Shown here: positions 47,916 to 61,600 of the stretch, piece by piece | How the letters are laid out: every line of letters begins with the position of its first letter | How positions within the stretch are numbered: position 1 is the first letter of the stretch | Source: Kiritimatiellia bacterium | GTDB taxonomy: Bacteria; Verrucomicrobiota; Kiritimatiellia; RFP12; JBMNHG01 | NCBI GenBank assembly: GCA_050950285.1 | Contig: JBMNHG010000008.1 | Coordinates: 124,001 to 188,000, forward strand | Length of the DNA stretch: 64,000 nt | Reading direction: 5' to 3' | Position numbers and translations under genes: made by a program | The notes under the pieces: model-generated | Database searches by the model: none | Told to the model about the DNA's origin: nothing | The model's input: only the letters and a program-made list of their open reading frames with translations

Positions 47916-48171
47916 ACCGCCCCGACTTCTCCGATCATTGCAGGACATCTTCCTATGCGCATTTTGCGCCAGGGTCTCCAGAGCGGTGTTCGCTCCCGCC
48001 GGTCGCTTATCCCGACGCTCCGGAGCCACTGGGGCCTGTCCCCCAAAAAAGAGCCTTCCTCATGCAAAGAAGGGCAAGCAATCAAGGGCGAGAAGTCGAA
48101 AGAGACCTTTGGGCGACAGACTCTTGAAACGGTTTTGTTGATTTCCAACGACTTGCGTCGTCTTTTCCGCT

Positions 48172-48193
48172 CGAATGGCGAAAGTCCGGCTAG
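48172..48193 (-). repeat. Right inverted repeat of the accessory block
   Basis: CGAATGGCGAAAGTCCGGCTAG; its CTAG contains the ettA stop codon. Confidence 0.75.
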
Positions 48194-49866
48194 GCGTGGG
48201 TCACGGGGCGGAAGCGGATGCGCGTGGGGCGGTCGGCGGCATCGCCGAGGCGTTTGCGGCGTGCCTCGTGGTAGTCCTGGTAGTTGCCTTCGAACCAAGT
48301 GACCTTGCTGTCGCCTTCGAAGGCGAGGATGTGGGTGGCGACACGGTCGAGGAACCAGCGGTCGTGGCTGATGACGACGACGCATCCGCCGAAGTCGGCG
48401 ATGCCCTCCTCGAGGGCGCGGAGGGTGGCGACGTCGAGGTCGTTGGTGGGTTCGTCGAGCAGGAGCAGGTTGCCGCCGGAGCGCAGGAGCCTGGCGAGGT
48501 GGACGCGGTTGCGTTCGCCGCCGGAGAGCACGCCGACCTTCTTCTGCTGTTCGCCGCCCCGGAAGTTGAAGCGGGCGCAGTAGGCGCGGCCGTTCATCAG
48601 GCGTCCTCCGAGGTCGACCATGTCGCCGCCGCCGGTGATGGCTTCGTAGACGGTTTCGTCGTCGCGGAGTTCGTCGCGGAACTGGCCTACGTGGGAGATG
48701 ACGACGGTTTCGCCCACGGCGAGTGTTCCGCCGGCGGGCTGGAGTTCGCCGGCGATGAGTTTGAAGAGGGTGGTTTTCCCGGCGCCGTTGCCGCCGATGA
48801 CGCCGACGATGCCTCCGCGCGGGAGGTCGAAGGTGACGTCCGAGAAGAGCAGGTGGCCGCCGAAGGCCATGGAGAGATCTTCGGCGCGGACAACGAGATC
48901 GCCCAGGCGCGGTCCCGGCGGGATTTGGATGCGGAGGTCATCCTCGCGCGTTTCGACGTTCCGTGCGGCGAGTTCCTCGTAGCGGGCGATGCGGGCGCGG
49001 TTCTTCGCGCGGCGGCCGGAGGGGTTGGTGCGGATCCATTCCAGTTCGCGTTCGAGGAGGCGTCGGCGCGATTCGTTCTGGCGCTGGTCGCGGGCGCAGA
49101 TCTCCTGCTTCTGCTGGAGCCAGCTTTCGTAGTTTCCCTTGTAGGGATAGGCGCGGCCGCCGTCGAGCTCGAGGATCCATTCGGTGACGTCGTTGAGGAA
49201 GTAGCGGTCGTGGGTGACGACCACGAGGGTGCCGGCGAACTTCTTGAGGTAGGTTTCGACCCAGGCCACGGATTCGGCGTCGAGGTGGTTGGTGGGTTCG
49301 TCGAGCAGGAGGACGTCGGGGTTCGAGATGAGGAGGCGGCAGAGGGCGACGCGGCGTCGTTCGCCGCCGGAGAGGGTGTCCACGAGCGTCTCGGGGGGCG
49401 GAAGGCGCAGGGCCTCCATGGCGAGTTCCACGAGGTGGTCGAGGTTCCAGAGATCCCGGGCGTCGATGGTATCCTGCAGGCGCCCGAGTTCGTCGTTCAG
49501 CTTGTCCGGCTCGTCGCCGGAGAGGTCCTCGCCGAGGCGGTCGCAGATTTCGTCGTATCGGGCGAGGATGGCCTTGGAGTCGGCCACGCCTTCCTCGACG
49601 GTTTCCTGCACCGTTTTGCCGGGTTCGAGGACGGGCTCCTGCTCCAGGAAGCCGATGCGGGCGGACTTCGCGATGTCGCACGACCCCATGAATTCGGAGT
49701 CGCGGCCCGCGAGGATGCGGAGGAGCGACGATTTGCCCGCCCCATTCGCACCGATCACGCCGATGCGGGCGCCGAAGAAGAATGCGAGGTTCACGTCGTC
49801 CAGCACGGTCTTCTGATTGTGCTGCTTGGTGACGTGGCGCAGGTTGAAAACGTATTCTCCGGCCAT
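48190..49866 (-). CDS. ettA: Energy-dependent translational throttle ABC-F protein
   Basis: Two ABC domains (GANGAGKS, LSGGERRRVALCRLL, GGNGAGKT, LSGGERNRVHLA), ELEWIR..RRAK linker, no TM; 558 aa. Confidence 0.92.
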   Translation of the reverse strand: MAGEYVFNLRHVTKQHNQKTVLDDVNLAFFFGARIGVIGANGAGKSSLLRILAGRDSEFMGSCDIAKSARIGFLEQEPVLEPGKTVQETVEEGVADSKAILARYDEICDRLGEDLSGDEPDKLNDELGRLQDTIDARDLWNLDHLVELAMEALRLPPPETLVDTLSGGERRRVALCRLLISNPDVLLLDEPTNHLDAESVAWVETYLKKFAGTLVVVTHDRYFLNDVTEWILELDGGRAYPYKGNYESWLQQKQEICARDQRQNESRRRLLERELEWIRTNPSGRRAKNRARIARYEELAARNVETREDDLRIQIPPGPRLGDLVVRAEDLSMAFGGHLLFSDVTFDLPRGGIVGVIGGNGAGKTTLFKLIAGELQPAGGTLAVGETVVISHVGQFRDELRDDETVYEAITGGGDMVDLGGRLMNGRAYCARFNFRGGEQQKKVGVLSGGERNRVHLARLLRSGGNLLLLDEPTNDLDVATLRALEEGIADFGGCVVVISHDRWFLDRVATHILAFEGDSKVTWFEGNYQDYHEARRKRLGDAADRPTRIRFRPVTHA

Positions 49867-49909
49867 GCCGTGACGGGGTGCCGAATGGGGCGGGGAGGTC
49901 CGATGCGGA

Positions 49910-51172
49910 CTAGAAGCGGTAGTTGAGGGTGGCGGAGAGCATGTGGGTCTCGCCTTCGACTTCGGTGGTGAGGACGCCCTCGGCAGGACGGCCTTGGACG
50001 GGTCCGCGCTCGGGGATGAGCAGGTAGGCGTACGCGACGTCGAGGGAGAGGGCGTCGGTGAGCTGGAAGCCGAGGCCGCAGCTGAGGATGTGGCGGTCGT
50101 TGGCGGGGACCAGGTAGTCCAGGCGGCTGTCGCGGGTGGGCTCTTCGTCGAAGACGTAGCCGCAGCGGGCGGTGAGCCAGTCCAGGGCCTTGTATTCGGC
50201 GCCGACGGCGAAGCGCCAGACGTTGTACCAGTCCTTGACGCTCTTGGCGGAGGTCTTGCCGAACAGGGGCTCCTTGAAGCGGATGTCGAGTTCTTCGTAG
50301 GCTTTCCATTGGGTGAAAGCGACGCTCGCGCCGAGGTTCCAGCGGTCGGTGGGCTGGTAGTTGAAGCCGGTGGAGGCGAGGGCGGGGAGCTCGAAGTCGC
50401 AGGTGGAGTCCGCCTGGGCGACGTCCATCATCCCGGCGGGGGTGTTGACGCGGACGCGGGTGGTGCCGGTCAGGTCGTGATCGAGCTCGCTGCGGTAGGC
50501 GATGCCCCACTGGAGGTTGTCGAGGATTTCGTAGCGGAGGCCGACGTTGCCGCCGAAGGCCACGTTCCAGTCGCCGTCGAGGTAGAAGTCAAGGTCGCCG
50601 GCTTCGGGGGCGATGGCATTGGGGACCTTCCGCTTGACCTGGAATTCCGTGAAGTTCACGACCAGGCCCGCGCCGACGGAGAGGCGATCGGAGATGCGCC
50701 AGGCAACGCTCGGGTTCAGGTTGAAGCTGGTGATCACGGTGTCGTAGTTGCTGTAGCGGCCGACCCAGGAGGGGCTGAACTGGGAGCCCAGTCCGAACGG
50801 CACGTAGATGCCGATGCCGGCCCAGAAGTCCTCGGAGAGCTGGAAGGTGGAGAACAGCGAGGGGAGCGTCCACCAGGTGACGTCGTTTTCCGTGGTCTTC
50901 CAGCCGTCGGCGCCGAGGGTGCTCACGTCCATGCTGGGCCGCACCAGGGTGACGCCTGCGGAGACTGCGGTGCCGGGCACTTCGACCATGCCGGCGGGGT
51001 TGAAGAACACGGCGGAGGCGTCGTCGGGGTTCGCCACGAGGGCGTTGCCCATTGCGGTGCCGCGGGCGCTCATCTCGTTGAGCTGGAAGCCGGCTCCGAG
51101 GGCGGAATGGCCGGCGCAAAGGGCGCCTGCGAAGGCCAGCGCCGCGAGGAGGGATCGGGTGTTGAGGCTCAT
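49910..51172 (-). CDS. OmpP1/FadL-family outer membrane transporter
   Basis: Signal peptide then AGFQLNEMSARGTAMGNA, DASAVFFNPAG, PFGL, NPSVAWRI; terminal YRF. Confidence 0.9.
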   Translation of the reverse strand: MSLNTRSLLAALAFAGALCAGHSALGAGFQLNEMSARGTAMGNALVANPDDASAVFFNPAGMVEVPGTAVSAGVTLVRPSMDVSTLGADGWKTTENDVTWWTLPSLFSTFQLSEDFWAGIGIYVPFGLGSQFSPSWVGRYSNYDTVITSFNLNPSVAWRISDRLSVGAGLVVNFTEFQVKRKVPNAIAPEAGDLDFYLDGDWNVAFGGNVGLRYEILDNLQWGIAYRSELDHDLTGTTRVRVNTPAGMMDVAQADSTCDFELPALASTGFNYQPTDRWNLGASVAFTQWKAYEELDIRFKEPLFGKTSAKSVKDWYNVWRFAVGAEYKALDWLTARCGYVFDEEPTRDSRLDYLVPANDRHILSCGLGFQLTDALSLDVAYAYLLIPERGPVQGRPAEGVLTTEVEGETHMLSATLNYRF

Positions 51173-51279
51173 GGTTGCTCCTTTTCTGACAAAAAACGGT
51201 ATTTCGTCAAAGAACGGGCCGGGGTATACAGGATTCGGGGTGGGGGCGCAAGCCAAAAGATTGGAGCGCGGGGTCAAGG

Positions 51280-53220
51280 TCAGAGGCGAAGGGCGGAGAG
51301 GAGGCGGGGGAACTGGCTGTAGTCGGGCACGACGAGGTCGGCGCCGGCGCGGATGAGGCGGCGGCGTTTGGCGGGATTGAGGCCGAAGCGGCGCACTTCG
51401 TCGGAGGCGACGCCCACGGCGATGGCGCCGTGGCGGCGGGCCTCGCGGATTTCGACGGGGCCATCGCCGAAGACGGCCACGCTGGAACCGGAGAGGCCGG
51501 AGGAGGCGAAGATGCGGTCCAGCACCTGGCGTTTGGCCTCGGCGCGGAGGTCGCCCGTGGCGCCGTAGATGCGGTCCTCGAAGAGGTCGGCGTAGCCCAG
51601 GGCGCGCGCTTCGGCGCGGACGTCGTCCTGGTCGGTTCCGCTGGCCAGGTAGAGGCGCACGCCTTTGGCATGGAGGGCTTCGAGCAAGGCGCGGGCGTTC
51701 TTCAGGTGGAAGTCGGCGGGATCGAGTTCGCCGCGGTCGAGTTTCCGGACGCGTCCGCGGACTTGGGCGATCAGGGCGTCGTTGTAGACTCGCTTGTAGC
51801 CGGCGGCGTCGAGGACGTCCGCCTCGGGGACGATCCCGAAGCGGCGGACCAGCTCGACGAGCGCCTGCATTTGGACGAGGGTCTGCACGCCGGTGGTGTG
51901 GTCGATGAGCTCGTGGCAGGCCTGGGCGACCCGGGCCCGGAGGGCGTCGTCCGCCCGTGCGGCCTGCCCGCCGAGGACGGCGTCCACCATCATCGGCTCC
52001 ATGATCTTCTCCCAGCCTTCGCGCAGGGTGGAGAGCGTCCCGTCGTGGTCGAAGACGGCGTGTCGGATGGCGGTGCCGGCGGGGAGTTCGCGCACGATTT
52101 CGATTTCGGTTCCGGGGAGGCGCACGGCGAGGCGCGGATCTTCGGCGAGGGTGGGTTCGAAGACGTATTCGGCGGCTTCGGCGGCGGCGAGGATTTCGGC
52201 GGGCGAGGCGCTTCCGGTGGTGTGGAGTTTCCGCAGGATGACGGATGCGGCGAGGTTCGCGAAGCGGGCCGCCTGGAAGGCTTGCCCCGCGTCGTCCGCG
52301 CCGCCCTTCGCCAGGGTGGCGGCGAGGGCGGAGACGATGCAGTCGCCTGCGCCGACGGGGTCGATGGGCGGGGGGACCCGCACGCCCGGGACGTCTGCCG
52401 TGCGCCCGCCGGCGGCGGCCACGAGGCCCTTGGCGCCGCGCGTCACGAAAACGGCGCGCCCCGTGGCGCGGTGGATGGCCGCGGCGAGCCGCAAGGCGTC
52501 GCCGGCTTCGGCGGCGGCCTTGGCCTCGTCGCCCGCTTCGCCCGCGATGGCCATGCGGACGGCTTCGGACTCGTTCAGCTTGAGGGCGGCGCCGCGGAAG
52601 AGGCCCGCGCCGTCGCGGGCGTCCACCAGCACGAAGAATCCGGGATGGGCCGCCGCGACGCGGTTGATGGCGCCGGCGATCCTCTTGCCGACGAGTCCGG
52701 CGGGAAGCTGGCGGTTGACGACGAGGGCGTCGTGGGTGGAGGCGGCCTCCTCGATGGCGGCGCACAATTGGGCCAAGGCGCCGTCGTCCGGCTCGTTGAA
52801 GGCGCCGAAGTCGACGCGGTTCTCCTCGGCGCCGTTCCGCAGGGGTTTCGCGTAGACGCAGGTCTGCCAGCCCGGAGGGCCCCGGAAGAGGCGCGTGCAG
52901 TCCACGCCGGCGGCCCGGAGTTCCGCGGCCAGGCGCGGTCCGAAGGGGTCGTCCCCCGCCAGGCCGATGGCGGAGACCTTCGCCACGCCGAGGGCGGCGA
53001 GGTTTACGGCCACGTTCCCGGCGCCGCCGGGGCTGTAGCGCTGGGCGCGGACGCGGCGCGTGGGGAGGCCGGTCTCGATCGACAGCTCCGGCTCGCCGCC
53101 GTCGAGTTCCCAGTAGGCGTCGAGGCAGAAGTCGCCGACGACGGCGACGCGCGCCCCGGCCGCGCGGGCCAGGAGATCCTCCAGGGGGAGCGTGGCGTCG
53201 GATGGCGGTGTGGACGGCAT
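51280..53220 (-). CDS. PfkB/HldE-kinase-like domain fused to a HAD-family hydrolase
   Basis: VVGDFCLDAY, PGGAGNVAVNL, VTRG, DPVGAGD (PfkB); VFDHDGTLS, LASGT, FGDGPVE (HAD motifs). Confidence 0.82.
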   Translation of the reverse strand: MPSTPPSDATLPLEDLLARAAGARVAVVGDFCLDAYWELDGGEPELSIETGLPTRRVRAQRYSPGGAGNVAVNLAALGVAKVSAIGLAGDDPFGPRLAAELRAAGVDCTRLFRGPPGWQTCVYAKPLRNGAEENRVDFGAFNEPDDGALAQLCAAIEEAASTHDALVVNRQLPAGLVGKRIAGAINRVAAAHPGFFVLVDARDGAGLFRGAALKLNESEAVRMAIAGEAGDEAKAAAEAGDALRLAAAIHRATGRAVFVTRGAKGLVAAAGGRTADVPGVRVPPPIDPVGAGDCIVSALAATLAKGGADDAGQAFQAARFANLAASVILRKLHTTGSASPAEILAAAEAAEYVFEPTLAEDPRLAVRLPGTEIEIVRELPAGTAIRHAVFDHDGTLSTLREGWEKIMEPMMVDAVLGGQAARADDALRARVAQACHELIDHTTGVQTLVQMQALVELVRRFGIVPEADVLDAAGYKRVYNDALIAQVRGRVRKLDRGELDPADFHLKNARALLEALHAKGVRLYLASGTDQDDVRAEARALGYADLFEDRIYGATGDLRAEAKRQVLDRIFASSGLSGSSVAVFGDGPVEIREARRHGAIAVGVASDEVRRFGLNPAKRRRLIRAGADLVVPDYSQFPRLLSALRL

Positions 53221-53246
53221 GGGAGGCGGGCGGATGGCGCCGCGGC

Positions 53247-56333
<3,087 letters not shown>

Positions 56334-56447
56334 AAGTTTCCCACTATACAGGGAGGACGGGCGAATGGCCAGCCTGCATTCCGCCATGGCGCGGGGCGGG
56401 CCGCGGCGCGCGAACCGGGAGGAGCCGGCGTTCCGCGCCGCCGGGGG

Positions 56448-58508
56448 CTATCGTTTCCGGGCTTTGCGGGTCGGGGGCAGCAGGGCGTAGGCGTGTCCGG
56501 CCTTGAGCGGGAAGACGCCGTCGCTTCGGACGGTGAGGGAACCGGTCACGTCGTTCACGTCGCCGGTCCACTCGCAGGACGCGTCCTGGAAGGCCCAGAT
56601 GGCGGCAGGGCGGTTCTTCGCGTCCAGCCAGAGGGTGTATTTCCCGCCCTCGACGAGGCGCAGGCGCCGCATGCGGGGGAGGAGGGCGTTGTAGGCGTGG
56701 TTGATGCGGGCGTAGGCGTCCGCGAGTTCGCCGCCGGGAAGGAAGGCCGGGTTGCGCTTCGTGTCCCAGGGGCGTGCTCCGGCGCCGGGGAGAACGCGGT
56801 GGCCGGCGAGCCAGAAGTAGTGTTCGGGGGACAGCTTGTCCGCCGCGAAGCAGGGGCCGTCGGTGAAGAAGGCGGGGGAACAGTCGAGCATCGCGAAGGC
56901 CCAGTCCCCCTCCACGGCATCGCTCCAGAGGCGGCGGCGGAAGGCGTCGTCCTGGAAGCCGAACATGGCGACTTGGCTCACGCCGAAGATGGTCACGACC
57001 TCGCAGCGCTGGAGGAACCCGGCCTTCTGGAGGCGTCCCTGGAAGCGCCAGATGTCGGCGGCCTGGGGGTTCTTGTCCTTGCCCTGCCAGTCCACGCAGG
57101 TCACGCCGAGGTTCTGGTAGGAGTCCCAGAAGGCGCAGTCGATGCCGGTCTGGCGTTTCACGGCGAGCATCTCTTTCTCGAGCTTCCTGCCGTAGGGGGA
57201 GCGGAAGCGGGCGGACCAGAGGGTGCCGTACGCGCCGTCCCACGGGTCGCCGCCCTGTTCGCGCAGGAGCCATTCGGGGTGCTGCTTCCAGATGGGCGCG
57301 AAGCTCGAGAGCTGGAAGGAGTACCACTGGAAAACGCGCAATCCGGCGGCCTTCGCGGCGTCGCCCACGGTCTTCATGTTCGCGGCGCCGCCGAACTTCT
57401 CCGCGTAGGTGTAGGAGTACGGGCAGCAGATGTTGCCGTGCACGGCGGGGTTGTCGTCGGAGGTGACCGAGTCCCACACGCCGTGGGTGAAGACGTGCTT
57501 GTAGCCGAGGGCGGCGTAGTCGGGGAAGGCCTGCTTGAGGGGCTCGACCCACGCGGGGCCGCGCTCCTTGAGTTCGGCGTCCCAGAGGTGGGCGTGGACG
57601 CACGGCTCCGGGACTTCGTAGCGGAAGCCGTAGTTCGCGAGGATGCGGTCGCGCACCTCGCAGAAGCAGTCGAGCCAGAGGTTGCGCCACTGGTGGCGCT
57701 TGAGTTTCGCGGGCGCCTGGTGCACGAGGAGCTTGCGCTCGGGGAAGGAGACCTTCGCGGCCTTGTCCACGAACGGGCGGTCCATGTAGTGGATCACGTC
57801 CTCGTCGGCGAATTTCTCGAGGCGCGCGCGGGTGAGGTCGGGCTTTTCGGCGAAGAGGCAGAGCGCGGTGGCGCCCTTGACCTGGAAATCGCAGATGGCG
57901 GCGCCGGCGGCGCGCGGCAGCATGTCCATCGGGAAGGAGCCGCCCCAGCCTTCGGTGAAGAACTTCTCGATGGTGGAGAAGGCGGAGCCTTTCGTGACGG
58001 CCTGCTCGAGGCCGATGGTCGAGACATCCTGCTGGACGAGCGTGGCGCCGGTGGCGCGCCCGCCAATCTCCCAGGTGGCGTCCTCCAAAATCCAGTGGAT
58101 CGGCGCGTCGGGCGACTCCACCGAGACGCGCATGGCGATTCCGGTCCAGGCGTTCCCCGCGATCGTCTCGGAGACGGGGCGGAAGGTCCAGGTGAAGCGT
58201 GCGACGGGCGCCTTGATGCGCCGCGTCTGCATGCGGGAGTCGCCCATGGCGTCCGCTGAGGGAAGGCGCGGCATCCAGGCGCCTTCCGATTCGAAGGAGA
58301 GCGCGACCCCGCCGCCCCGGAGCGCCTTGCGGCGGAGCTTCCGGAAGGTGTCGAAGCGGAATCCTTCGTCCGCCTCGGCGTGGAGGATCCAGGGAAGCTT
58401 GTCGCTGCGGAGGAGGGTCTTGCCGCAGGAGACCGCGCCGATGCCGGAGAAGGCGCCGGCTGCATCGGACAGGACGTCGAGCGTGAAATCGCCAATCTTG
58501 AGTTGCAC
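56448..58508 (-). CDS. Hypothetical protein, possible glycoside-hydrolase-like TIM barrel
   Basis: GTG start after AAGGAG; KFGG..MK....A..AGLRVFQW, HPEWLLR, GIDCAFWDS resemble GH36/GH13-like barrels; no signal peptide. Confidence 0.6.
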   Translation of the reverse strand: MQLKIGDFTLDVLSDAAGAFSGIGAVSCGKTLLRSDKLPWILHAEADEGFRFDTFRKLRRKALRGGGVALSFESEGAWMPRLPSADAMGDSRMQTRRIKAPVARFTWTFRPVSETIAGNAWTGIAMRVSVESPDAPIHWILEDATWEIGGRATGATLVQQDVSTIGLEQAVTKGSAFSTIEKFFTEGWGGSFPMDMLPRAAGAAICDFQVKGATALCLFAEKPDLTRARLEKFADEDVIHYMDRPFVDKAAKVSFPERKLLVHQAPAKLKRHQWRNLWLDCFCEVRDRILANYGFRYEVPEPCVHAHLWDAELKERGPAWVEPLKQAFPDYAALGYKHVFTHGVWDSVTSDDNPAVHGNICCPYSYTYAEKFGGAANMKTVGDAAKAAGLRVFQWYSFQLSSFAPIWKQHPEWLLREQGGDPWDGAYGTLWSARFRSPYGRKLEKEMLAVKRQTGIDCAFWDSYQNLGVTCVDWQGKDKNPQAADIWRFQGRLQKAGFLQRCEVVTIFGVSQVAMFGFQDDAFRRRLWSDAVEGDWAFAMLDCSPAFFTDGPCFAADKLSPEHYFWLAGHRVLPGAGARPWDTKRNPAFLPGGELADAYARINHAYNALLPRMRRLRLVEGGKYTLWLDAKNRPAAIWAFQDASCEWTGDVNDVTGSLTVRSDGVFPLKAGHAYALLPPTRKARKR

Positions 58509-58690
58509 GGTGGGAGCTCCTTGGTCGGGTTGCACGAAACACCCCGGAGAATAGCAGAGGACCGGGCGCGGGGCGAATCCAAATGTGAGGTCGAATGCAT
58601 ACGGGCGGCACTCCGCCATTGCGCGCGGCGCGGGGATTTGCTACGGTGCGGGAAAGTTGCCGCCGTCCGTTTCCCTCGAGGAGATACACC

Positions 58691-61600
58691 ATGCGATATG
58701 CCCGTTTCGTCCTGGCCTGCGCCGCGTCGGCGCTGGCCGCCGTTTCCGCCCTTGCCCAGATGGTGGTGGGGTCGAACATCCCCGGCTATCACGCCACCTT
58801 CGGCCTCGACACGAACAAGACCGACTTCCTCTGGTCGGCGCAGTTCATCACCTCGTCCGTGCCCGGCAACGTCGCCTGGCCCGGAGACGTGCCTTCGTTC
58901 ACCTTCCAAGTCTTCGCGAAGGGCGATCGGCCGGTGAAGGCGGACGCCACGGTCGAGCTCGTCGAATACGGCACGCGGGGGCGCCCCGGCGACATCTGGG
59001 TGCCCGACATGTTCCTCATCCGGAAGCACGGCCGCACCCCGGTGGTCCTCGACCTCCCCGCCGGCGGTTTCCAGGACTACGTCGTCACGCCCGAGGTGCC
59101 CGAGACCTTCGGCGGCTACGCCCTCGTGCTCGATCTGGGCGGCGATCTGGGCCGCCAGTTCCTCTGCGCCTTCGTGCGCGTGCGCAAGCCCGTTCCCTCC
59201 GACGTGCTGTACCCGCAACTCGCGCTCGACGTGAACGATCCCGCCGTGCTGTCGCGCCTCGGCGGCTATCCCAACCGCATCGGGATCGGCTACAAGCTCA
59301 CGACGGACGCCGACTTCGGGCCGTGGTGGGACAACCTCGCCCAAACGCTCCAGGGCTATCACGACGCCAGGCTCCCCATCACCCTCGAAATCGGCGGCGG
59401 GAGCTTCTACGGCGAACACCAGCCCCTCGGCCGCCCGCGCCCCTGGCTCTCCGACGAAGGCGTGATGCTCGACACCAAGTTCGACCTCGCCTGGCTGCCC
59501 CGGTACGACGCCGACTTCCGGATCTTCGTGAAGCGCATCGTCGCCGAATTCGGCTGGCCCCGCGGGCCCATCAACGGCATCAAGCTCTGGAACGAGCCGT
59601 GGAACGGCATCTCCATCTCCGGCTGGGGCGCGGACGACGAGCGCTACCGCGAAATCTTCCGCGTGATGTGCGAAGCCACGCGCGAAGCCTGCGCCGAAAG
59701 CGGAAACACCGTCCTCATCGGCGGCTGCGACTCGTCCTCGAACACCTTCGACAAGCTCTTCGCCGACGGCTCGGACGATTGGCTCCAGTATCTCGACTTC
59801 TGCTCCATCCACTACCAGGGCATGCAGCCCCCCTCCACCGTCAAGGCGTGGGTCGACCGCCAGCACCCCAACGGCCGCGTCCGCATCTGGGACACCGAAA
59901 GCTGGGTCGCCAACTGCGACGACCGCGTCGCCGCCGTCGTGGCCGTGAACCTCTCCACCGGCCATGACCGCGCCGTCGGCATCTATGGCGGCTCGATCTG
60001 CACCGAATGGCACTCCACCGGACGCACCATCAAGGAGCGGGACGAAAACGGGGCCATCCGCGACAAGCGGATCCACATCAACGACACCTGGGCCGCCGGC
60101 GCCGCCGTGGCCGCCACCAGCCACTTCATCGGCCAGCGCCCCTTCCGGGAGCTTCTCTTCAAAAACGGCCTGCCGTGGGTGATGGTCTTCGACGGCCTTC
60201 CCGGCCCCGGCGGCGAGCCCGACCCCGAGGACGGCACCGTGGTGGTCGTGGGCGACATCGGCGAGGAGTTCGGCGCCAACCACCTGCTCTTCCGCACCGC
60301 CCGCGGCTTCGCCGAACGCAGGAACAAGGCCGCCCTGCGCGCCGAACTCGACGCCCTCCCGCCCGACGCCGATCCGGAAGTCCGCGCCAGCCTCATCCGG
60401 AAAATCGAGACCCCCGAATCCCTCTCCGGGGCCGAGATGGCCATCAAAGCCTCCGGGAAACGTTTCGCCCTCTACGACTTCTACGGAAACCCCGTTCCCC
60501 CGCGATGGGGCACGATCCGCGTCCCGCTCGACGGCCGCGGCTTCTTCCTGCGCGGCAACGGGCAACCCGGCTCCTTCGCCCGGCTGCTGGACGCCATCCG
60601 CGCCTCGAAGGTCACCGGCATCGAGCCGATCGCCACGGTCGCCTACGACCTCACCGCGCCCGTCGGCACGAACCCCGAGCTCCTCCTCGACCTCACCTGC
60701 GTCCTCAACCGCGACGTGAAGGGCACGCTTTCCGTGACGCTTGGCGGCCTTCAACTCGAAAACGCCGTGCAGCGGCTCGCCATCGGCGCGAACGAAACCC
60801 GGCGCATCGCCCTGCGCGTCGCCGGCGGCGCCCCCTCGCCCGACAACACCTATCCGCTGGAGGTCGTCTTCGACGCCGGCAGGGACGGCAGGGTCGTCTT
60901 CACCGAAGACCTCCACGTGAACTTCATCGCACGCCGCCCCATCGTCGTGGACGGCCGCCTGGACGACTGGGAAGGCGTTCTCCCGCAGTCCGTGCGCGAC
61001 ACCGGGAAGGGCGCCGTGACCCTCGCCGAGGCCGCCTGGCTGCCCTTCAAGAAGTACGACGATTCCATCCAGGACGGGTTCGCCACCGGCTTCCTCGCCT
61101 ACGACGACGCCGGCTTCCACTTCGCCGCGAAGATCGCGGACTCCACCCCCGACCCGGACGGCCTCCCCCGCTTCGCCGCCTTCGACGAGGACGAGTACTT
61201 CTACCCCGCCACCTCCTACTCCGAGCGCTTCGAACGCACCCAGATCCTCCCGATCGTGAACAGCGACCCCGCCGGCGAGCGCGTCCCGCTCCACTGGCCC
61301 GAAGGCGTCCGCCGCTATTCCTACCGCAAGGACCCGGTGCTCCCCTGCGGCAACGCCCCGCGCCGCGACAACGTCCAGATCGCCTTCAACGTGCTGCCCG
61401 CCGAGGAGAAGGACTGCTATCCCTGCCCGCCCGGCACCATGCCCGGCTACATCGGCTACCGCGACACCGACTACGAGTTCGGCCTCAACACCGTGGGCCC
61501 GGCCTACGGCGGCGGCACCGAAATCTGGCGCCTGCGCGTCCCCGGAATGCCCTCGAAGCACTTCTACCCCCGCTCCCCCGCTTCGCCCTTCGACGGACCC

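Noticed and set aside
47916..48171. Small ORFs and a GGGGCCTGTCCCC motif in the right border region
   Set aside because: ORFs lack RBS or motifs; region is probably element-end or REP-like DNA, but I could not define a second discrete element
36378..48193. CRISPR array or prophage
   Set aside because: No short regularly spaced repeats with spacers, no cas genes, no phage structural or integrase genes
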